From a bacterium (GTDB lineage Bacteria > Patescibacteriota > Dojkabacteria > SC72), in contig JAJTYH010000003.1 in NCBI GenBank assembly GCA_021463465.1, forward strand, positions 211,549 through 275,548: a stretch of 64,000 nt of DNA. The letters run 5' to 3'. Numbering within the stretch: the first letter of the stretch is position 1; each line of letters begins with the position of its first letter. Positions 58,413-64,000 of the stretch are shown here, piece after piece. The notes under the pieces are model-generated. The model was not told the DNA's origin. It did not search any database and saw only the letters and a list, made by a program, of their open reading frames with translations. The position numbers and the translations under genes were made by a program.

Positions 58413-61400
58413 TTACTGTCCGTTCCAAATCAGCGTATCCTCTGGATTTTGGGTCTTTAACTTCATGAAATATCCTTGCTTAGGATCAAGTCTGAAATCG
58501 AATCCAAAGATTTCACCATCTTTTACTTGGAAAGTCTCATATCGTCCTTTGGTACTATCCCAACTAGTAACACTTTCTACTGTAACACCGTCTACTTTGT
58601 TCATAGAAGTTACGGCGCTTTGAGCTGTAAACTCCTGTTCATAACCGTGTACAGCCACTAAGTTCCAGCCAGATTCAAGAGATACTGCTACCGGATCAAG
58701 CAATGCTGTTCCTGGTACTTGAATCGTACCATTGCGAGTAGTCATAACAGCATATCCTTTGCCGTATGTCAGATTAAAGTCGTTACCCATATCGGTATTT
58801 GATAAGGCATCAAACATAAATGTCTGTGTCCAGTTACTCTCATCAAATTCAATAATACCTTTAACCGTACCTGGTGAAGACTGGTTAGCAAGCTTAATGA
58901 ATTCAGATGCTGAGATAGGTGTGAACTTGTCTTGTGTCGGTAGGAATGGGAAGGAGATCACATTGAAGCCTTTTTGAAGCTTGTACGAGTAAGTGTCAGC
59001 AACTTTGGACACTCTAACCTTGTCTAAATTGATCTCAATTAATTCATCTACATTAGCTTGGAATCCAGGTTGAGCATTCTTATTCTTAAAGAAGTGGTAT
59101 GCATTATCTTTGGTTGCCACTACCGAATATGATTTCACTCCATCAACATCAATGTCGTACAAGCCTTCCTGTGCAAAGTACAAAGTATATTTGTCACCAT
59201 TTTCGTCAGTCTTGATGAACTCGTGACCATCACTCCCATCATGCTCTTGAGCAAAGACTTTGTTGAAAAGCTTATCGAAGAGAGAGAGTGAATCATCGTT
59301 AGTCTCTATAAATCTAGCTTGATTATCACAATACTTATCACGGCTCTCGTCTTTCACTGAGGTTGGAAAGTCATCCGGGTCAGCAAACCATGACCATTGG
59401 GTTTTAAGCTCGTTTAGCCATTGCCTTCCTGCCTCTTCATTACATTGACCAGATCTATATACAGCAGCCCAACTTACCATTGGATCTGAAATGTTGGCAC
59501 AAGGCTGTTTGAAGTTATGATTTCGACAAACAAAGTCATTTAACTGCTCGTTGAAGTAACTTCGACTTACTGTGCTGACATTTTTTCCATTACCCCAGTG
59601 GATTCCAAAATCCTCAGCCTCACCTGCTGCTTGGTAATTACTACAAGCCGACTCATGCATCCAAACAACTAAAGAAATCTTAGGATCTACTCCCGCCATC
59701 TTGGATCGATAGACGACATCATTGAAACATTCGGCGGCGTATGTTTTGCCTCGGTTGTAAATTCCGCGGTAACATAGTTCAGCAAATTTAGCTTTGTCGA
59801 CACCTGGTACAGTTTGGACTGGTGCACTTGTATCGCACGAAATTCCGATTGAACCTCCAGGAGTAGTAGAAGGTGTAACAACTGGGGGAACTGTACTTCC
59901 ATTTACACAAGCATTTTCGTTTGCCCTGCCAGTTATATCTTGCGCGATTGCCAAAATATCTCCTCCTGCAATCTGTCTGCCTCGGAAGAGATCATAACAA
60001 CTCTTGTTATTAACATTACGTTCAAAGTCTTTGTAAGGTTTGTTTTTACCCCCTACTGTGAGGACACAACAGATATTGCCCGACTGAGCTATGTCTTGCG
60101 GGTTTCTGGTTACGTTTGGACCTGTTGGAGGTGTTGGGATTGGTGTGGGCGTTGGCGTTGGTGTAGGTGTAGGGGTAGGGGTAGGGGTAGGAGTAGGAGT
60201 TGGGGTTGGAGAGGGCGTAGGTGTTGGAGTGGGAGTTGGTGTCGGAGTTGGCATTGGCATTGGTTCTGGAACAAGTACTTCAGGGTGAGCTGCATCGTAT
60301 GCAGCGTTGGCGGAATCTACTTCTGCTTGAGTCCACCTTCTCTCACATGCAGGATAAGAATCAATTCCTTTGACTTCTTGTGCTCCGACGTATGTTCCTC
60401 CATAAAGCTGTTGTCCACCAAAAGCCTCGTCAAATATTTCACATCCATCTCCAGGCTTGTCATTTTCAAAGTCGCCAATTAGATCATTTCTTCCGCTTAT
60501 GGTCAAAGCGCAACACAGATTGGGGTTAGTGTCAGGTTCAAGTGAATGATTAGGATGAGCATTAACCGCAGTCAAAGGGAATCCATTGTTCCTATTATTA
60601 CTAAATTGTGCGTCTTCGATATTCCACTCTTCATATACATAATCCTGATCTGGAGTATCTTCAATTCCCCATGATAGAAGTCTACCTGGTGCAGTTTGAA
60701 GGTTTGCTAACTGAGCATAAACTAGTAACTTATCTACCCCAACTAGCATAGAGGTCATCTTCTGGCCACTACTGGATCGAAGGTTGGATTTGTCGATTGC
60801 CCAACCACCTTGAGCATTCGTTACAGAGGAACTAATGAGTGATTGGGGTGTTTGAGTATCTCGCTGTTGTCCTTCAATCTCTCCTAGATATGCTTGGGCG
60901 AAAACGATTGAATCGCTACTTGGTTTTGATTCACCGTTCTTAAGTTTAGTAGTTACTTTGCCGAATGCAGGCTGAGGTACTGAAATATTGTTTTCCGTTT
61001 GGGCAAATGTAGTGAATTTCTGATTAAGCGTTACAGGTACATCAAACCATTGCGTATTAGATTTGATGTCTTTGTCGTTCCACTGTTTAAGGCTACTTAC
61101 TATTTTGAAACTGTAAGTAGTTTCAGCTTTCAAATCGTTGAGTGTTACATGATGAACAAAGTATCTGCCGACCTTTTTAACTTCAACCTCTTCCTTCTTC
61201 ACATCTTGCCCACTTAAGACAGCTTCTTCCTTAGTCTGCGCGACATCTCTATCATCGTAGTAATTCTTTTCATCCATTAACACATAACCCTTGTCTTGCG
61301 TTTTCGTAAACCAGGTAATAGTTGCACTTTCATCGGTCAGGTTAGTTATTCTTAGGTTGTAAGGATTATTGGTAAAGCTTTTGTAATACTGGAAGAGCTC

Positions 61401-61493
61401 TTTCTGATAAAGGAATACTAAAACGGGTATAGCAAGCACAATTAAAAGGTAAACAAAAAAGCGCAAGCTAAGTGTTAATCTGAATTGTGACAT
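58413..61493 (-). CDS. 1026-aa surface/secreted protein with N-terminal TM, Pro-Thr linker and duplicated Cys-containing domains
   Basis: N-terminal TM; PTPTPT... linker; two similar modules (LCCALTISGRNDLIGDFE...C / ICCVLTVGGKNKPYKDFE...C) flank the linker. Confidence 0.6.
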   Translation of the reverse strand: MSQFRLTLSLRFFVYLLIVLAIPVLVFLYQKELFQYYKSFTNNPYNLRITNLTDESATITWFTKTQDKGYVLMDEKNYYDDRDVAQTKEEAVLSGQDVKKEEVEVKKVGRYFVHHVTLNDLKAETTYSFKIVSSLKQWNDKDIKSNTQWFDVPVTLNQKFTTFAQTENNISVPQPAFGKVTTKLKNGESKPSSDSIVFAQAYLGEIEGQQRDTQTPQSLISSSVTNAQGGWAIDKSNLRSSSGQKMTSMLVGVDKLLVYAQLANLQTAPGRLLSWGIEDTPDQDYVYEEWNIEDAQFSNNRNNGFPLTAVNAHPNHSLEPDTNPNLCCALTISGRNDLIGDFENDKPGDGCEIFDEAFGGQQLYGGTYVGAQEVKGIDSYPACERRWTQAEVDSANAAYDAAHPEVLVPEPMPMPTPTPTPTPTPTPSPTPTPTPTPTPTPTPTPTPTPTPIPTPPTGPNVTRNPQDIAQSGNICCVLTVGGKNKPYKDFERNVNNKSCYDLFRGRQIAGGDILAIAQDITGRANENACVNGSTVPPVVTPSTTPGGSIGISCDTSAPVQTVPGVDKAKFAELCYRGIYNRGKTYAAECFNDVVYRSKMAGVDPKISLVVWMHESACSNYQAAGEAEDFGIHWGNGKNVSTVSRSYFNEQLNDFVCRNHNFKQPCANISDPMVSWAAVYRSGQCNEEAGRQWLNELKTQWSWFADPDDFPTSVKDESRDKYCDNQARFIETNDDSLSLFDKLFNKVFAQEHDGSDGHEFIKTDENGDKYTLYFAQEGLYDIDVDGVKSYSVVATKDNAYHFFKNKNAQPGFQANVDELIEINLDKVRVSKVADTYSYKLQKGFNVISFPFLPTQDKFTPISASEFIKLANQSSPGTVKGIIEFDESNWTQTFMFDALSNTDMGNDFNLTYGKGYAVMTTRNGTIQVPGTALLDPVAVSLESGWNLVAVHGYEQEFTAQSAVTSMNKVDGVTVESVTSWDSTKGRYETFQVKDGEIFGFDFRLDPKQGYFMKLKTQNPEDTLIWNGQ
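60128..60265 (-). repeat. tandem hexanucleotide repeat encoding a (Pro-Thr)n linker
   Basis: GGTGTNGGNGTNGG... repeats on the + strand, which is (PT)n on the coding strand. Confidence 0.8.
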
Positions 61494-61536
61494 ATACTGT
61501 GAATAATCGCTTTTTTGCCGGAAAAAGTCAACCTTT

Positions 61537-62403
61537 TTAAAGGATTTCTCCCTCTCTGTCTTCCCTAGTGCCTTTAACTAAATAGACATCTTTTTTAGTC
61601 TTAGAATCTGTATACACAAACTCTCCCTCCCCATTTAATATTGCTTCGTAGGGTTTGCAATCACGACACATTTCGTTTCCATTAGGGCATTTGAAGCTCT
61701 CCAATTTTCTAGCCAGTTGAATTTTTTTGGCGATATTGAGAACGCGTTCATAAGAGGTATCATAATCTGGAAGTTGGGTTGAAGTTGGTTCGTCATTTTG
61801 TTCTATATACCAGTAGTATGCTCCCAAGACTTCATATCTCTGGCAGTTTCGAACTAACAGGTGATAGATAGGTAACTGTAGAGATTCTGGGTCTTCTGTT
61901 GAATTTTGTCCGGTTTTGAAATCAATGATGTTTACACTGTTGCTATCTGGCAAGTACTCCAACCAGTCAATTTTCCCACACAGAATAAGATCTTCTTCAG
62001 GTGTCAAAGGGAATTTAGGTAGGTCCATATTTATTTTGACCGCAGGCTTACTTATTGGACCGGGATTTTGTCGGATTCGCTCCAGCATTACTTCACCTCT
62101 GGATTTATATTCAAGCTCTTCCTGAGTATTTTGAAAGCCCCCTTTTTTGCCTGATACATTGCTCCAAACCTCATCAAATCTCTTGATTAAAGGTGTCTTG
62201 AACCGATCTTCAGTTTTAATTGTTGAGAGGGATTCAATTACCTCGTGTACAGCAGAACCTAAAGCCAAAGCTGGACTAGTAGTTTGTATTTTATTTCCAC
62301 TCTTAGGGTCTTTGTAAACATTTTTCAAATAGTAGGCTCGGGGGCATCTGAGAAAATCGGAAATTGAACTGTGTGATACCCAGACCTGACTTGCGTATGC
62401 CAT
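61537..62403 (-). CDS. PD-(D/E)XK nuclease, Cas4/RecB-like (PDDEXK_1) with Fe-S Cys cluster
   Basis: N-terminal SHSSISDFLRCPRAYYL, GSAVHE, KIDWLEY, IIDFKTG (D..K), C-terminal CPNGNEMCRDC. Confidence 0.65.
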   Translation of the reverse strand: MAYASQVWVSHSSISDFLRCPRAYYLKNVYKDPKSGNKIQTTSPALALGSAVHEVIESLSTIKTEDRFKTPLIKRFDEVWSNVSGKKGGFQNTQEELEYKSRGEVMLERIRQNPGPISKPAVKINMDLPKFPLTPEEDLILCGKIDWLEYLPDSNSVNIIDFKTGQNSTEDPESLQLPIYHLLVRNCQRYEVLGAYYWYIEQNDEPTSTQLPDYDTSYERVLNIAKKIQLARKLESFKCPNGNEMCRDCKPYEAILNGEGEFVYTDSKTKKDVYLVKGTREDREGEIL

Positions 62404-62489
62404 AAATGTTTATTATATGGAATTAGTTTCATAATTGTAGCAGATTTGATGTATAGTATTAAATGTAGGTTAAATAACTCTTAATCAAT

Positions 62490-62885
62490 ATGGTGTGTAC
62501 AGATGAAAGCATTTTAAAAGGATTTGTTTTTGTAGATTTAGATCGAAATGGTGTGCGAGAAGGTCGGGAGAGAGGCTTGAAAAATGTAGAAATTTCCTTG
62601 CTCGATGATGAAGGTAAAGTTTTGACGGTGGTAAAGAGTGAGGATACAGGTGAGTATAAATTCTCTACTTGTGTTGGAAATTATACACTTAAAGCCACTT
62701 ATAACCTGGGTAAGAATTCCTTTCTTAATCAAGATACTCTGTCTGTTACAACTGAAAGTTTTTCACAAAACCAAAATTTCCCTATTTATCAAAACAAATC
62801 TACTGATCCTTCCTTATTTCTGTGGATGGGGGTAACCTTATTAGGTTTTGGGATTTTGTTCTTTGCAAAGTCGAAAATCTTATAG
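62490..62885 (+). CDS. small SdrD-B/Cna-B-like domain protein with C-terminal TM anchor
   Basis: GFVFVDLDRNGVREGRERGLKNVEISLLDDEGKVLTVVKSEDTGEYKF pattern; C-terminal hydrophobic helix. Confidence 0.45.
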   Translation: MVCTDESILKGFVFVDLDRNGVREGRERGLKNVEISLLDDEGKVLTVVKSEDTGEYKFSTCVGNYTLKATYNLGKNSFLNQDTLSVTTESFSQNQNFPIYQNKSTDPSLFLWMGVTLLGFGILFFAKSKIL

Positions 62886-63641
62886 CGTTAAAGCATCTTC
62901 TATACGGTGATCACCTGAGCGAGTTCTGTAGATTTCCATGGAAATAGCGCTTGTTCCAGCGGCTTTGCCGATATCATGGCAAAGAGTACGAATGTAGGTT
63001 CCCGATGAGACATAGGCATAACCCTCAACTACTAAAAACTGTTGCTTAGGCTCTAAAATCTCTTCATAACTTTTTAAGATCTCGGCTTGTCGGAAATCTC
63101 CCCGTGTAATTAGCCTGAGTCGTCTTTTGACCTCTTTTAATAATTCAGGACCACTAATTTCGTAGTGTTTGGTGAGTTCCAGGTCCTTTATTTCTCTTGT
63201 TACATTCGGAATCTCTTGTGACTTCAAAGAATTATTTTGCACTTGTACGTACATGGGTTTTCCTCTCACTTTGTACGCGGAATATTTAGGTATACGTTGG
63301 CTTATTTTTCCCTTGAAATTGGGTAAAGTCTCTTTGATTTCTTCATACGTCACATCATTCCTGTTCAATTTGGGAATACCGCAGATGTCGTAAGTATCAC
63401 TTTCGATTCCAAATACCATTGTAAAGAGGTATTCTTTGTCAGAAAGTTCCCTTTTTCTTCTGTTTCTGTTTTCAGAATCACCTACAAGTAGAACTAATAC
63501 TCCGTGAGCCATTGGATCTAGCCTTCCTGCATAGCTAACCTTCTGGCCAGAATATTCAGGGTATCTCTTTTTGAGTAGCTCAATCATCTCCACCGGGGTT
63601 TTGCCCAGTGGCTTGTTGATATTTATCTGTTTAGAATTCAT
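62880..63641 (-). CDS. truB: tRNA pseudouridine(55) synthase TruB (no PUA domain)
   Basis: AGRLDPMAHGVLVLLVG (catalytic Asp motif), KYSAYKVRGKPMY, SSGTYIRTLCHDIGKAAG. Confidence 0.8.
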   Translation of the reverse strand: MNSKQININKPLGKTPVEMIELLKKRYPEYSGQKVSYAGRLDPMAHGVLVLLVGDSENRNRRKRELSDKEYLFTMVFGIESDTYDICGIPKLNRNDVTYEEIKETLPNFKGKISQRIPKYSAYKVRGKPMYVQVQNNSLKSQEIPNVTREIKDLELTKHYEISGPELLKEVKRRLRLITRGDFRQAEILKSYEEILEPKQQFLVVEGYAYVSSGTYIRTLCHDIGKAAGTSAISMEIYRTRSGDHRIEDALTL

Positions 63642-64000
63642 GTGTTAGAAAAAATCTGAGTATAGACTCTTTTCTTTCGGTATCAATATCAAAATGAGCT
63701 TTTCCTTTCAAAGTCTCCAATGACATATTCTTAAATCCAAATCCTTTATATCGATTGTAAAGGTTTAAGCTTAGAGAATAAGGGACATTTACATCTTGAT
63801 TTCCGTGCTCAACCATTATAGGAATTCGTTTTATTGTGGCTAATTGATCTTTTGTGTATTCACGTGAGGTAGGTGCTAGTAAGAAGATAGAATTAATTTC
63901 TTTGGGGTATAGAAATGCAAAGTTATAAGTAGGCAATCCTCCCATGCTAAAACCAAGCAAATTCACTTGAGTTTGAATAAGGTATCTATTTTCAATCCAA
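63631..64000 (-). CDS. α/β-hydrolase (esterase/lipase-like), C-terminal part; 5' end beyond window
   Basis: GFSMGG nucleophile elbow; frame stays open to the window edge. Confidence 0.5.
   Translation of the reverse strand, partial: WIENRYLIQTQVNLLGFSMGGLPTYNFAFLYPKEINSIFLLAPTSREYTKDQLATIKRIPIMVEHGNQDVNVPYSLSLNLYNRYKGFGFKNMSLETLKGKAHFDIDTERKESILRFFLTHEF

Noticed and set aside
60128-60265. CRISPR array candidate
   Set aside because: A 6-nt unit with no spacers, and it is coding. There is no repeat-spacer structure anywhere in the window.
60091-60295. ORFs on both strands across the GGTGTNGG repeat (GVGVGV / QLQLQ translations)
   Set aside because: Artefacts of the tandem repeat; the real product is the (PT)n linker of the 58413-61493 minus-strand gene.

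Overview
Based on my own reading of the six-frame track and raw sequence, this window comes from a small, AT-rich bacterial genome with tightly packed, often overlapping genes. About 19 kb (3.7-22.7 kb) is one contiguous translation supercluster: fusA-tuf, then rpsJ through rpsI in a single orientation, including secY, adk, map, infA, rpmJ and rpoA. No L30 gene lies between rpsE and rplO, and several ribosomal proteins carry lysine-rich or zinc-ribbon tails. Those traits, together with an α2-type GlyRS and a compact RNase P RNA, are what reduced-genome Patescibacteria/CPR lineages usually show, but the assignment is tentative. The rest of the window is mostly housekeeping: rnpB, fmt, tgt, rny-ymdB, hup, greA plus a second GreA-like gene, trmD, glyQS, lysS, serS, miaA, truB, tRNA-Glu(CUC) and tRNA-Pro(GGG). 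It also holds many membrane or secreted proteins of unknown function. The items I would look at first are: (i) a well-formed T-box riboswitch leader in front of lysS, with antiterminator and terminator that exclude each other; (ii) a class II LysRS fused to a C-terminal PTH2/DUF2000-like domain; (iii) an MTH1/NUDT1-like NUDIX gene broken by an in-frame TAG; (iv) a DMT/EamA transporter broken by a 1-nt frameshift in a T-run; (v) a cluster of 7-bp palindromic motifs between a methyltransferase gene and a MazG-like/Tgt operon; (vi) a 1026-aa surface protein with a Pro-Thr linker and a duplicated Cys domain, next to a standalone Cas4-like nuclease; (vii) two GreA-family paralogues. I found no CRISPR array, rRNA or obvious mobile element.
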